From contig CM082576.2 in the NCBI GenBank assembly GCA_040954595.2, positions 5,616,760-5,680,759 of the forward strand: 64,000 nt of DNA, read 5' to 3'. Under the pieces are notes generated by a model. It was given only the letters and a program-made list of their open reading frames with translations. It had not been told where the DNA came from and searched no databases. This document shows positions 49,001 through 63,177 of the stretch, in pieces; within the stretch, counting starts at the first letter, position 1, and each line of letters begins with the position of its first letter. Source of the stretch: Balanoglossus misakiensis (lineage: Eukaryota; Animalia; Hemichordata). Position numbers and translations under genes: made by a program.

Positions 49001-52000
49001 ATATGATTGTATTTATGCTATTAAGAATCTCTTCAATGAACGGCATGACTTCCCCAACTTGGACTTGGACAAAATGTCTTCTGCACTTCTGGGATATCTT
49101 GATGAACGTGTCACACGCCATGTCTTGTACTCCATCATGTGTTTCTGTAATTTAGATTCATAGAGCTCTTAATGTCACTCAAATCACTTAGAAATGTTGT
49201 GTGCAAAACAACCTGAACTTAACAAAAACGATAAATTATGCACAACTTTTTATCACACTGAATAATTTGATCCACGTAGCACACAAGGCTACATTTCTCA
49301 GATACATGAAAAATGCTACCAACTGATGAATACATGTACAATATTTTACATCAAACACCATGCACTTTACTGGAAACTTACCATGCATGAATTCAAATAA
49401 CTTATTGACTACTGTCTTCAAGAATTTCCAGTGCGCTCTGAGAAACCTCGGGTACTGGCCCACCACATACATAATGTTGGATGCTATGATTGCCTTGTTG
49501 TCTTTGCCTCTCTTCTGTTCACACAAGCCCAACAGATCTTTGATGACTGTCACAAGAAATCTCTTTTCATCCTCTTCATGCATGGCGCCACTGATTGACC
49601 CAATTGCCCAACAAAGCTAAAAGAAAAGATATCATCAGGTCTTTCCTACAGAGGTACATCATGCACAAATGTCTTTCTCGAATGTAAGACGATAACTCAC
49701 TGTGTTCAGATTCTTCCACGACCACTCTTGTCCGTTCACTTGCAACTGAAGCTTTTCTGTCATTATCTGTTCCGTGTCAGCGTAGTCTAAATGTGTGAGG
49801 TACACTGCAAGGAAAAATGGTCTCATTTAACATCTGTTACTTGCTCTTTGAAGTTGAACAACAGTCTTCTGGAACTGTTGCCACTTAACTGGACTAATAA
49901 CACTATCAAAATTACACAAGACAGATGTGGGAGTTTTTTTTCGCAGAAATTTATTGTAAATGAAATTCAGTGTTACAGATTTTTCGACTTACCAAGTGTT
50001 TCTCTCATATTTTTGTATAAATTGATTGAATCTGTGTCTTTCATGAATTCGCGCACAACTTCTCCTTGGTCATTTTCAACCACTAGGACCTCTTCCGGCT
50101 TTGCCATACGTGAAATCATTACTCTTCTCACCTAGTTACAGAACAATCATTGAAATTACACAAAAACTCAGAATATTTGCAACTACATCACATGTTTTGC
50201 AATTCTTTCCCCAATACATAACTTTCCTCTAAACCTTCATTTCTTGACGAGTCAACACTAGTAATTGGTTGGGTTTTTTTCTGGCAAAAAAAATGATAAA
50301 GAAAAGAATTTACTGTTTCACCTATGAGATAATACATTCAAACTTGGTGACCCATCTACAAGAGCTTGTTGAGAATGCAATTGTCAACCCTGCCAGCAAA
50401 AGGTTGCTGAAAAGTAACCCCCATTCCCCTCAACATTTCTAGATGGCCAATAAAATGTGAATCTTCAAATATCGCCACATAACATGACATACCTTTGACA
50501 ATACTGAATTGTAAAGCTGTCGCCTTGCAGGCATTTCACTGTTTTGTTGTCCAAGCAAGAATGGAGTCGATGAGAAGGGACTCTCTCTGTAAAGTTCAGA
50601 TGCGAGGGTATTCCAATACTCTAAACATATCTTGAAGATTTCCGTTTCTTCAACTGCCGAGATCAACACCAAATACTGCAAAGCCTGTAAATATACAAGA
50701 TGGGAAGAAAATCACAGAGAATGTTCAGAGGTGGAGGTAAGTTCTTACTTCAGGCAGAGCTTATGAAATTCTGTAGGAGCTGTGAACACTTCAAGATAAT
50801 TTAATTTAATTGATGGTTTACAACTTATTATAAGTGAACATCTATTGGAATCCATCAAGAGGAGAACAGAACAATTCACACTGAAATAACTCACCTCCAT
50901 CAGGTTGGTATGAAGATCACGTTTCCTTTCTATAAGCTGACTGTGTTCCTTCAGAAATGTACACAGGAAAAGACTCAAGTTCTGAATGAAATTTTGTTCA
51001 TCATCACGACCATTCGCATAAGCTTCTCTCAGGTTTGTGTCCAGGGTTAGCATCTGAAAGAGACATAACAATACATTATGTGTATTTTGTCCTTGTATGT
51101 CAAGGTTTGTTTGTGTATGATAATACATTGCCCTCAGCCTTGAAAAATTGGCCATTTTCCAACAGCAGATGTTCAGAAAGACTTTCCTAGGCTATTGTAT
51201 GAACTAGTCAGGTAATTTCAACTTCAATCTGTCACTTTTCCAATAAATGTAACCTTACCTGTTTTAGCTGTGTCAACGTAAGTGTAAACAGCACGACAAA
51301 CTGATCATCATATTGATTGACATGTACACCAGCAACCTCTGTCAGACACTTCAAAGTCACATTTCTGAACATAGGCACATTGAGAAACTGTTAAAAAAGA
51401 AATTAAAAGAAAACAATTAGGAATTTATTGAAAAAACGGACTAGGTACATAACAAAAGGTAGCACAAGAAAAATCAAGTTTTTGTTTTACGTCGCCTTAA
51501 TCTTAATGGTTCAAATTTGTCTGCCTGTTTGCATAATTTTGTTCATACAGTTTCAGTGTCTCAGCAGTAACAAAAGGCTTTCGATGAAGTGAAAATCATA
51601 CCCCTCCAAAATTTACCTTTACATGTACATAAAATGAAATAAGTTTGACAACCTACCTTGTAAATAAGAGTTGTTATTAGTTTTGTCTCAAAAATATATC
51701 CAAGTGGAATCCAATTGAGGAACCGAAGCAATGTTTCTAATGTTGCACCAACAAGTGTGGCATTCTGAGAATTGTCCTGTGGAGTAGATGAAAAATTAAG
51801 CATGAAACAATCACTGCAGTAAATTATATCATTCAAGGTTATAAATTGATTGATGGCATTTTCAAAGCCATATGGTGCACAGGCACAATGTTAACACCAA
51901 TCTCCCTTTCAAACGTCAACTGACTTACCATCACAAATTGGCAAAGCTGGAATATCTGTGAAAACTCATTGCACATGCTGTCTTTCAAGTGTTTCGCTTT

Positions 52001-54161
52001 TGTCTGTGTCATCTGACCACTTGAAAAATCGAACACTTCTTCACTGAAAATTAAAACAGGAAAGCGCATTGATCAAAGTGAGACCTTAGATGACAGTGAA
52101 AGCTGCAGAACTACTCCGTTAATTCACCAGTTTCCCTGTAATGAACAAGATATCAAGGGTCCCCAGTCAATTGGCAGTTTTGAAACTAGTTCTGGCCAGC
52201 TCATTATCACTGCAACAAAAAGAAGCCACAACCTCATTCATCAGTGGTCAAAGGTACACTGTAACCAGGTCAAACTCATCAAACTTTTCATGATCTTTCA
52301 TGCGTATAAGCAGGAGACACTTCTGTGCATTAAAATCATCATCCCAGGCCGAGTTCAACTGAAACTAAAAGTGGCAGTATTTGTTAACTCTTAACAAATA
52401 CTTGACATCCAAGCACAAGAGCCCCTTCTCATAGTGTCAGCAGTTTCACAATATCTCACCTTAACAGTTTCAATATGTGCATGTTGTTCTGACAGAGCGA
52501 TTCATTTGTTTTACTCGCGCCAACAATATCACCAATAAATGAAGGCCAATTCTTGGGCCACTCCTGCTTCAATATCTGCACAAGGATCATATTTAGTTTA
52601 CCCAAATAAACTTTCTCTTTCTGGAAAAAAAGTAAAACTGAGTGAGAACAACCAAATCACATACAGAAACTTTGCTTGGCATCATCATCATGACAATATG
52701 GATTTACAACATAAATAGATAAGTTATTTCTAGACCCCCCCCCCCCAACCCCACAATTTCTTCTTTCTTTCACATTCTCAAGTTATTCACTGAATTCTGT
52801 TGGCTTACGTACAGTAAAATAGTTACAATATAACACATGGTGTGTGATGCCTCTGAGAACACACCTCTTGCAGTAAAAAGAAACAACTCACCTCTAAATT
52901 GTCTGCCTCTGACGACAATTTGATGATGAGTCCCACAGTGTATTTTTTAATACCTTCACACTGACTACGGGGTAGCACTTTCCATCTCGTTTTGATGACA
53001 GTCTCCAAGATTTGAAGGGCATAGTACTGTACACACACAAAAAACAACAACACAATAAGCCTATACCACATTTGATAACATTATTGGCATTGATTAACCT
53101 AACCCAAGTACTGTTGCAGTCAAGAAATTACTTTACCATTATGCCATGATTATGAAGTTAGCTACAAAGCCCTGCGTAAAAATATACTCACTTTGGTTTG
53201 TTGGTTGCCAGAGTATTCCAATATTGTATCAACTCTCGTCCATGCATCAGGGTGTTCTTTGAGAGTGGTTAGAACTTCCTGTGCCATACGTTGCTGGAAG
53301 ACAATTGATAAATTAATTAATATTGACTGTCACATTTTACAAGGTCATTTATAGTTAATTCAAGTGAGCTTGGCTTTCTGGTATGTCATTGATGAAACAG
53401 CAAATAAATTAATCTTGTTTAAGAAGAGTATATTTTAGACAGAAATGTCACAGCATAGTTGAAAAAAATAGGGATTGTGTATCTCTATAATTGTCCGTAT
53501 TTTCAACAAATCCAATAGCATTTTGTCAAAACTCACACTTATACTGCTTTACAATTATCCAGTTGGTGATCATTTATTAACACAGCAACACATACTTTAG
53601 AACGTGATAACCCTGTGCATGTTGTTAATGTGAAGGTATCTACCCAGAAATTGATCTGCAATTATGACTTTTTACACATCATGTCTGTGTAGGTCTTCAT
53701 AACATTACATTATCAAATGACACTTGTTGGTTTCTTGTATCTTGAACTCAATCTAAGAGAAAATAGTACAACCCCATTCACTTCTCAGAGGCGAGTACAA
53801 AACACCATTACATTTACAACAAACACAGTGTTCTCCCGGGAGCACTAAACCTCTCTTTAATTTTGAGAAGACAATAGAACTTAATTAACATAACAACTGA
53901 TTATATTGTTATGCAAATTAGCCACCCTGCTTTCCCAAAATCTTGGGGAGAACACTGAAACACGGACAGAAAATTTACCTGGGCACCTTCTCCAGTATAA
54001 AGACATCGGACAACATTGTCAAGTAGATTTATATCCAATTTCTGGTTGAAATCCAACAGCTGTGTAGCCTGTTCAGTCAACGTCATGTTTGCTGGACTTC
54101 TCATTGATAGCGACACGCCTGGATGGACGACCTGGATACCTGCACAGACGGGAGTTGCCAT
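46042..54161 (-). CDS. XPO1: Exportin-1 (CRM1), >20 exons
   Basis: [82 protein letters not shown] (leptomycin-B-reactive Cys present), [17 protein letters not shown] and C-terminal [15 protein letters not shown] (TGA 46044-46042). Start is at 54161 or 54104; probable non-coding exon with donor at ~55318. Confidence 0.97.
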
Positions 54162-55420
54162 TTTAAATTTAGACTGTTATAGAAACACTTTTTTCTATAA
54201 CTCTGAGAAAAAAATACTGCTTAAAAAGCGTTTTGCCACCAAATTTGGTGAGAAACTAAATGTAGCTGCTAGTGCTAGCAGTGCTAGTGGGTCAGTACAC
54301 CAGTAGCAACCAAATCAAACCAGTCTGAACCGGTCATAAAATGTCTTTAATTATTCCCCTGGACTACAGTGAAGACGCATCTCATCAGTTTTTCAGATGA
54401 AGGATTTATTTATATAAACAATTGACATTAATGAATAATTGTGCAAGCACGGTCCGTTAACAATGTAGCAAGTTATTACTCCATCATAATCAGTATGGGC
54501 GTTGACAAAAACAACTCTGTGTACCCGGGCAACTATAAAAGGCAGGGCAACGCATTACAAATATCACTTTACAACTTATCACTCTGGAATTACACAAATC
54601 CTTAAATTGTCTAGTCATTCTCACAAGGTAGGTCTATTTTCGCCTGATGATGTACGCAAAATAAAGCTTTAGACAGCATGACCAGTCAAGCCAGAGAAAC
54701 TCGTTTTAAAACTGGATTCGAAAGTTTTGATGTATTTTACTGTGGAATGACATTCAATGTAAAACAAGAAAAACGTCGACACTCAATTTTATATTTAATT
54801 AAATAATAGACATAACATTTTCTAATGCATATACATGCGTGGGGAACTGAAAAACAGTTAATGAGCTCAAAAATGTTATCATTGAATGTTGGGGCTAACT
54901 CGGTGTCGGGAAGTGTTTACTTTGGGGCTTCGGCAAGTACACATGTATGATGTACAGTTATTCACACTTTTTCTTGTGTACAACGTCCATAGTTTCAAAT
55001 AACAACTATCATTTTCGTTAGATATAGTATAGTTCTGATGAACACGTGTACAAGCATCAAAAAGGTTGTGCTGTTTTTGAACTCCGACTGCCAAGGCGTA
55101 AGGCTAGCAGTATGACTTAACTAGACTGCAGCAGACGCATAGCAGTACTCCACATGTTTACTACGCATGTGTAGTAGGATCATACATTGAAACGAACAAC
55201 AATCAAACGAACACGGGTACATCCGATGAAGAGTAAATAGAGTGCGTAAACATGCAGCCGTGAATTAATGCAATGTTGCACACAACCGAGTGTGTGTCTG
55301 GCTTTATGAACGCCTTACCTGGGGAGAATCCCTGAAAATGAATCTGTGAGAAGTATGACTGCCTCTGCCTTCAGCTGCCCTGGTTTTATGAACATACAAC
55401 AAGCGAGGGTAGTCAGCTCA

Positions 55421-55432
55421 AACCCGGAAGTG
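55421..55432. promoter_or_regulatory. ETS-type motif (ACCCGGAAGTG) in the XPO1/ZNF410 divergent promoter region
   Basis: Consensus CCGGAAGTG about 100 bp upstream of the putative XPO1 5' UTR exon donor. Confidence 0.45.
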
Positions 55433-57002
55433 AATAACGTGCATACAAGTAGTAACGACCGTGTCTTTCCCCAAAAAGCATCAGTTTAACAATATTTTTG
55501 GGCAAAAATATGCACAAACTCACAAATATCGCAACACCTATTTATTTCACCTTTTCCTTCTGTAGCGTGATGGAAAATTTTGGCTGTTTCTGCCTTTGAA
55601 AACCGGTTAGAACCAGTTCGTGTTTTTTTCCGGACGAATCCGAAAGTTGCCGAATGTCACATGTTCATAGCATCAGACATTTTTCGTTATATGTAGGTTA
55701 CGGGAACACAATGTACACAAAATATTACTGTACTATATAACAAAAAACAGCCCACAAAGCTTGAATGCAACAAGCGCCAAACACACGTTCTCAATGTTAT
55801 CTTAATTTTAAAACATGGTTGACAAAATGCATCTAAAACTTTGAAAAAAAACCCGATTAATTTGGTAATTTTGCTAATGGAATTGTATACATTTTATAGG
55901 TGTATCCGACTGACTGATGGAACCATTTATATTGCAAAAAAATTACCTAAAATTGATTCCAACTAAAATAAGGGATACGAGCTTACTTGTAAAAGAACCG
56001 TTAATGTAAATTTATTGAAAATGGCGTAAATTTTCAAGTTTGAAGGGGAAGTTTAACGCCATAATTTAACAACCGTCCCTGTGAATAAATGGATGGTACT
56101 TCGTTGTTTGCAGGATTTCATTAATACTGCCACGTTGTTGATTGGTCAGTTTCTTTCACCGCCATATCTGGTTACAATTTATCCGCCGGAGAAATTAAGT
56201 CTTGTCGGAGACTATTTATCGCTTATTTGCTGAAAAATATCACGTAGTGAGAAAACTGCTTTCATCCTTATAAATGCTGTATATGTTAATGTATGTCAAA
56301 AAGGTTTATATGTTGTGACGAATCTCTATAACCACTTTCCAAAAGTATTAATACGCGATGTGAAGCGGTTTGGAAACGAAGCTGGGATGGCGAACACACC
56401 ATAATATTCACCACCAGGTAGACCATAATTTTCATTTCCCGCGAAATTTCGTAATCGTGCATGTGTCTGTTGACATGTGACAACAATGTGAAAATCACCA
56501 TTGACACCGTAAATTAACTCCATGCAAATGTTTTAGTGTGAAGTCTGCCGCGTATGTTCTTCCGGTCCGTTCATTATTTTCGGACTAAGACAATTAAACG
56601 AGCCTGCCTTGGCCTAGGCTTCTGAGCAATGTTCACGCATGGAGCTAGGTTCACGTGTTTGACGACCATGATAATATATAAACGGCTGGTGTAAAAATGG
56701 TCAAAACTTTCTGAGAATGTCCCCTGAGTATACTGAAAATTCCTAGCCAACCAGTGCATCTGATCAGTGAAATCAACAGATTCAAAATTAGCTTGAATGC
56801 AGATAGACTTGCTTTCCAAATCTCAAATTAAAAAAAAACAAACAGAGGGCACCGGCAACCTCAGGATGGAGTACATTTGCACTTTTTGATGAAGTCAGAC
56901 ATTGACATTAATTGCCCTTCCTTTCTTCATTCCAGTAAAATGTGGCAAAAAAGTAATTATCATTTGATCATGAGCATATGACATCAAACTGAAGATCCCA
57001 AC

Positions 57003-60000
57003 ATGGCAGAGAGTGATCATTCCATTGCTGCGTACACTGTGAATGACATCAACAGTGTCCACTTGAAAATAGTCGAGGAAAACACCGAAGATGGGGACAG
57101 CGCTCCATCCAATCAAAAAACGAGTTTTATGAACTTGCAAGACTGCGAGAGAAGTGACGACAGCGGCTCAAACGAGCTGACAGAAATTGGAAAGAGTGGG
57201 CCTTGTAGCACAGGCAAGGAATCTGAAAAGTGTGGTGAAGTCAAAGATCAAGACGATTGCAATGCAAAAGAGGATGCTGAGTCCTTGGTTGATGGTACCG
57301 TGATTCATGCCATTGAACCGCATCCAGGATTGTTACTTCTCAATCTGCCCAATCCGTCGCAGTCTCCATCACCTTCGAACACCACCCAGGTCTTGGTGCT
57401 CAATAATGTTGACAAGGGCACTCTTGAGGCAAATGTCATATTTGACACACAGCGCCTCAGACTGCAGAACTTGGCACAGGCCAGTCTGATCTCCGCAACT
57501 CAAGAGAGCATTGCCAAAGTCTATGGGAGTCAGGGACAGAACACGTCTTCAACCTCAAGTCCGTACACGGTTCAGAAAATGCCATCAGGTAACAGTTTTG
57601 TTATTTTGTTCAGGTAGGGAGTCAGGGGCCATTTTATGGATGGGCCACCCCTAAGAAATGTAATCACTCTGCTCATACCTGGACAATAAACAGTGCTCAG
57701 CAAACCAAGTTAGTACTGTTATTTGGTGGTAATGGTATTTTCAGTGGTCATGTTTCCAAGCCCCAAAAAATAATATTTTGGAGGGCTTGACCTTGGATGT
57801 TGACACAATCTTGTGTTAGATTCAATTTCAGGCACCTGTCTCCTGAAATATGTATGTATCTTCATGCAGGTTGTTAAATTGTTATACTGTTTATTAATTC
57901 CCTTTGCGTAATTATTACAGGTCAAAAAGTTTATGTCTGTGACCACGAAGGATGTGGCAGAATGTTCAAGACATATGGACATCTGAAGTACCACAGAGAA
58001 ACTCATGGTGGACAGAAAATGTTGAAATGTGAAGTTGAAGGATGTGATAGAAGATTTTCTTGGCCTGCACATCTGAAATACCACATGAAGACACATTTGT
58101 AAGCAAGATCACCATTTTGATAACAAATGATTAAAAAGTGATAATTTATAACCATTGCACGATCTGGCAGGCATCTTTCACTTTGTTTCCACAATGAAGG
58201 ACAAAGTAGAAATGACACATACAGAATGTCTGTTCCAATTCTGGATTTCACCACAGTCCCTCAAGAAAGATCTTTTTTGAGGGACTGTGTGATTTCACAT
58301 TGCGCACTTCAGGAATTCATCGCCACTGGTATTTTTCTTCTTCCTTTCAACAGAGGAGATAGGAAGCACAAGTGTGAATATGAAGGTTGTAACAGGAGCT
58401 TCTACGTCTATCAACGTCTCAAAGTTCACATGAGGACCCACACTGGAGAGAAGCCTTTCAGATGCTCAGAAGAAGGCTGCAATAAAAGTTTTTCAACGGC
58501 TGGCAATCTCAAGAACCATGTCAGAACTCATACAGGTATGTCAGTAAACGGTTTCTCGAGGGACCGTGGTCTGCACCATGGACAACAAAGTCATGTTTTT
58601 TTTTTTGTGAGTCTACCATGACAATTAAGGTATACAGTGTGAAAAGTGTCATTTACTGTAAGTCCAGATAAGCCTAGGTCATCAGTTTGTAAAATGCATG
58701 AGGCCACAGTGTAGAGTTTACATAAAAATGTTAACAAAATGAATGTTTGGCAATTTTTGCAAGAGTTTGACAAACAATTCACTCTTCTCATAGGAGAAAG
58801 ACCATATGTGTGTCCCATTGATGGATGTGGAAAGTGTTTCGCTGAGCACTCCAGCCTTCGGAAACACAAGATTACGCACACTGGAAGCAAACCATACACC
58901 TGTGATATATGCAACAAGACATTCTCACAGAGTGGCAGCAGGAACACCCACAGGAAACGCCATGCGGCTGGTTCAAGTTGCAGCAATACCAATCAGAGTG
59001 AAATACAACAAAACAGTGAAGTCACTCTGACCAGTCAGGATCATGATATACTTGAGATGAGACAGGGAGAAGAATATGTGCTACACCTGACAGGTAGGTG
59101 AAAGTTGACACAATACCCATGATGCATTAGTTGTTTTGATTTTTAAATCCTGAAACCGGTAACAGTGATCGATTTTGAACGTTCGACAGAGCTCAATAAA
59201 CTTATAAAGGGATTTATTTTAAGGAATTTGCTGTGGGCTTCGCTAGAAAAATAACCAGTTTTGTATTTCATATTAATAATCACTGAACTGTGTCCATAAT
59301 CTCTCTAGATGTAGAATTCCAGCAAGCATCTGATTCTCCCAGTCACTCCATGGGATCTGAATCTGTAGTACTTAGCCAAGGTGTGAGTGATCATGTGGTT
59401 ACGGTTACAACTCAGCCTGTAGAGACCGACAACAATCAGCTTGGATTGCCACAAACAATGCTGGAATCAGAAGGTAAGAGACGTCATCAACAAATAGCCA
59501 CAGACGTGTTTGTATATCTACATTACCTTTAACCCCCACTTCCCTAGAGAGGTCGAGCTTTACCATAGTAAACAGGGGGTTGGACCCAATGAGCTCCTCA
59601 GAAGATGTTAACATTCATGCACCTGTCTGTCATCAACTACTTTCTCAAAGAAATGGACGAACTAAAGGCAATCTATAAAGCTGCTACAGGTCAGCCTATA
59701 GTCTTGTTTTTAATCATTCCTAAATTTATTAATCTTTATATCTCCCATCTGGCAGAAATGAGTCAAGAAAGTTTGCCCCCACACTCATCTCCTGCGGCGG
59801 TGGTGGTTATGTCACAGCCTCAACACACAGTCACCATGTCATCGCAAGAGACCACTTTCCATGACCCAGACACTCAGCAAACCACCACCGTGGAAATCGT
59901 GTATGGCAATGAACTCTTGCAGTCTGAACTGGATCAGAACATTTCACACAACATCCATGTTTCCAACAGTATGTCCCACAGTATAAGTGAGAATGGTGAC

Positions 60001-60177
60001 ACAGTGGAGGAACACACAAATAAGGACATGATGGATCTTGGAGCGATGATTGAGACAGACAGTTCCCATAACAACTCGGCTGACGATGATGATAACGATG
60101 ACGACAACCATGGTGGTGATTTGGGTGGGCCACTGCAGTTGGTGTGTGATGGTATGGATGACGAACAGTTCCAATAG
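57003..60177 (+). CDS. ZNF410: Zinc finger protein 410 ortholog (5 C2H2 fingers, 6 coding exons)
   Basis: Exons 57003-57588, 57921-58098, 58354-58535, 58794-59093, 59309-59473, 59756-60177. Finger helices [34 protein letters not shown] and SQSGSRNTH match the ZNF410 pattern, as does N-terminal [15 protein letters not shown]. Confidence 0.9.
59529..59611 (+). mobile_element. Degenerate copy of the ~90-bp TTAA-flanked MITE (ZNF410 intron)
   Basis: TTAACCC...CTTTACCATAGTAAA...TTGGACCCAA...GTTAA shares its core with 62802-62891. Confidence 0.5.
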
Positions 60178-62801
60178 TCCCATAGTAATAATTTATTATT
60201 GTAAAGCACCTTGATCACAAATACTTGTTATAATGTCAAGAAGCACATTTGTTACTTGTTGAATATGGCCTTTGTGCTGTAAAAACATTTGACATTGTGC
60301 TGTATTTGTTCCTCGGAATATATTTGGATGGCTGAAGACATTCCAGGAAGCAATGTATTCATAATTGATATTTTGATGTATGTATATTCAGTGAATTTTA
60401 TGTGATAATGACTTCCAGTGGTTGTATCATGTGTTTACAAATGGAATCTGGGACAGTCCTACACACATCTGACTAACGATGACCACTGTGTCATCTGAGA
60501 CAACAATCTTGTTGTTGGTGCAAGAGAATTATTTATTATACATTAAAGACTGTGGTAAGGAAATTCTCACATTGACTGAACATTTTTTTTAATGTGTGGT
60601 TGTTAGAGAGTATGTTGTTGATGACCTTGTATGCCATTTTGCTGAAGAAGACCTGACGAGGACGGTACCAAAAGACATGAACTGAAATGTTATGCAAACT
60701 TTGGGTATAGCGCCCTCAGTGGCCCATGACACGATTCCTCTTCTAAACCTTACCTCTCTTGGCCTTTCATTCAGATGTTTGAGTGTGTAAGCCAACTGAC
60801 TGGCTTTTCTTCACCATGCTTGACTGGGCTTCAGTGCATATAGTGCGCCCCCATATGGCAATGAAATTAGCAGCAGCCATTTCAATACAAAGAATCATGG
60901 GTATTTTTGTAGACAATGGCACCAGCTGAACGCCACACTGGGGATGAATTTCGGAAGGCAGAGGTTCATGCACCAATTTCCTGTACTCACACTCTTACTT
61001 GCATACTTTCATATAATTAGCAAGTTGGAAGAATTTTCTTGCAAATAGATCCAGACCATTTTATTTAAAATCGATGAAATTTAAATGTAGTCAAACGGTC
61101 AAGTCTTCACACAACATTTTTTTGCAATTCTTCCAACATATTGCATCCTCTCATGTACACTTTAATATAATCACACAACACAACAAATATATCATTTATA
61201 GAACTTTATTGGAAATGACTCAATGTGAAATATCACACGTAGACAAAATGTGGGATGTTTGGTATCGGAGAAATGCTGCGAGCCGGACACCCAACCCTAA
61301 CTCCCAAAGTGGAAAGAAAAATGGGAGGGGGAGGTGCGATTTCCCAATGCTCTGACCAGCTTAGAGTGTTGTCTCACTCCCCCCGATACCAATATTCATA
61401 GCCAAACGAAATGAGACATCCCTTAGTTTCTCAATAATTGTCAACATTTAACAAGTGCTCCTAAAATATATCAAGTGACATTGGAACACAATGGACACCT
61501 CTTTGACCTGATAAAACTTGTATAAACACTTCTAAAACAAACGGACAGGATGTAAGACATACAATGGCAGTGAATAAGCTTCGACATTACATTTGGTATA
61601 AACACTGGTTTGATCTCATTTAGAAGTCAAGAAAATAAATTATGCGTTTTTTCCTAGTTTGGTAAAAAACAGTTGGAAATGTTAACTGAGTTTTCACTCT
61701 ATGCTAGAGTCATACGTAGAAAACCTAAGCACGTAGCTCCAAGTGATTATATGATATGCACAAAATGGTTTAAAATATATTTTTTTTAAATGGTACAGAC
61801 AAGATTTTACAGTAAAAATGTGAATATTCATCACCTTCACAGTAATTTTCCCTATTTTGATTTTCTATTTAAATCTCAATGATAAACAGTGAAATATTTT
61901 AGCAATTGATAACAAGTCATACCTAGGAATAAGGTAAATCTTACTGAATTATTGCTGCTGCAGTATATTACTTTGAAGCATTTTTTTTTTTTTTTTGCAA
62001 ATGGCAACAAGTCGCACCTTTGATTGAATACGTTAAAATCTTACTGAATTATTGCTGTCGCAGTAATATGGGAATTTCAATTACTGACAGTCGACATGAT
62101 TTTATTGCTAACTGTTCAATGTTTAGACTTGCAGAGATATATTATAGACAAGGGTAAATTTCCTACTCAGCGAAACTGCTCGCAAACAAATGCACTTTTA
62201 TATTGGTGGACTAAATTAACAATGTCGATATCTTTGCAATACACTTGACATTTCATCTAGAAAACAATATTTTTATGATTTAAATAGATTACTGTAACTT
62301 AGTACAATTTATAAGCAAAAAGATGTACACATGAAACAATGTCGCTGCCTGGAGTGAATTCTGATCTATAAAAGATCCAGTTGATCTTAATATCCTGTAA
62401 ATTACATATTAGTCTTGGTAGAGGCACTACTGGAATTGCCCATTTTACAAACAGATTTCAGATCATTTAACAGGTGTTAAGCAATCACTGACTGATGTAC
62501 AAGAAAAGGATTCTTTATAGATTAACATTTTTGTCAAATCATGTTATTTTGACATTTAAACAGTCCCACTTGGGGCTAGTACAATATAGCAGATACTAGA
62601 TATTTGTTATAGCTTATACTAGACATTTTTTTTTTAAAGTTTAAAATACCACTTAAAGGCAATGGTGAATTATCCCTACAGGGTTTAGAGATTCTAGCAA
62701 AGACTAAGCCAGTTGAACAAATCATAAACTTTACGCTTGGCAGATTTAGTATAATACTACTCAGCATTGTCAACTAATTTAAATGTTTCACAATTACAGA
62801 T

Positions 62802-62891
62802 TTAATCCTTTCACCTCCATTTCCCTTTGTGGGGGTCCAACTTTACCATAGAAAATGGATTGGGACCAAATCATGGTGATGAAAGGGTTAA
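62802..62891 (+). mobile_element. ~90-bp piggyBac-like MITE
   Basis: TTAA-TCCTTTCACCTCCAT ... ATGGTGATGAAAGGG-TTAA: imperfect terminal inverted repeats flanked by TTAA. Confidence 0.6.
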
Positions 62892-63075
62892 ATTACAAGA
62901 TGTCTAAAACAAGAAATCAATAAAATCAAGTTTACAAAACTGGCCTTTCATGATATCAAGTTATAGCAATGCATCAAATTTGAAAATCCATGTCACTATT
63001 GCTAACAATGCATATTTAATTGAGATGTACAGAAATTATAGCTCTGGTCTGGGTTTCTCGTCATTTACAGCATTT

Positions 63076-63177
63076 ATATATTTTTTTCTCTTTTGTATTT
63101 TTTTTGTTTTTTTTCAATTTTTTTTCCATGTTTTTCTTTTTCACTGCTTTTTTTTTTTTTTTTTTTTCTTTTTTTTA
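63076..63177. repeat. T-rich low-complexity tract
   Basis: Multiple poly-T runs, including one of more than 20 T. Confidence 0.85.

Noticed and set aside
61936-62057. 22-bp direct repeat AAATCTTACTGAATTATTGCTG about 100 bp apart with poly-T between
   Set aside because: The poly-T is not adjacent to either repeat, so a retro-insertion TSD is unsupported; probably a local duplication.
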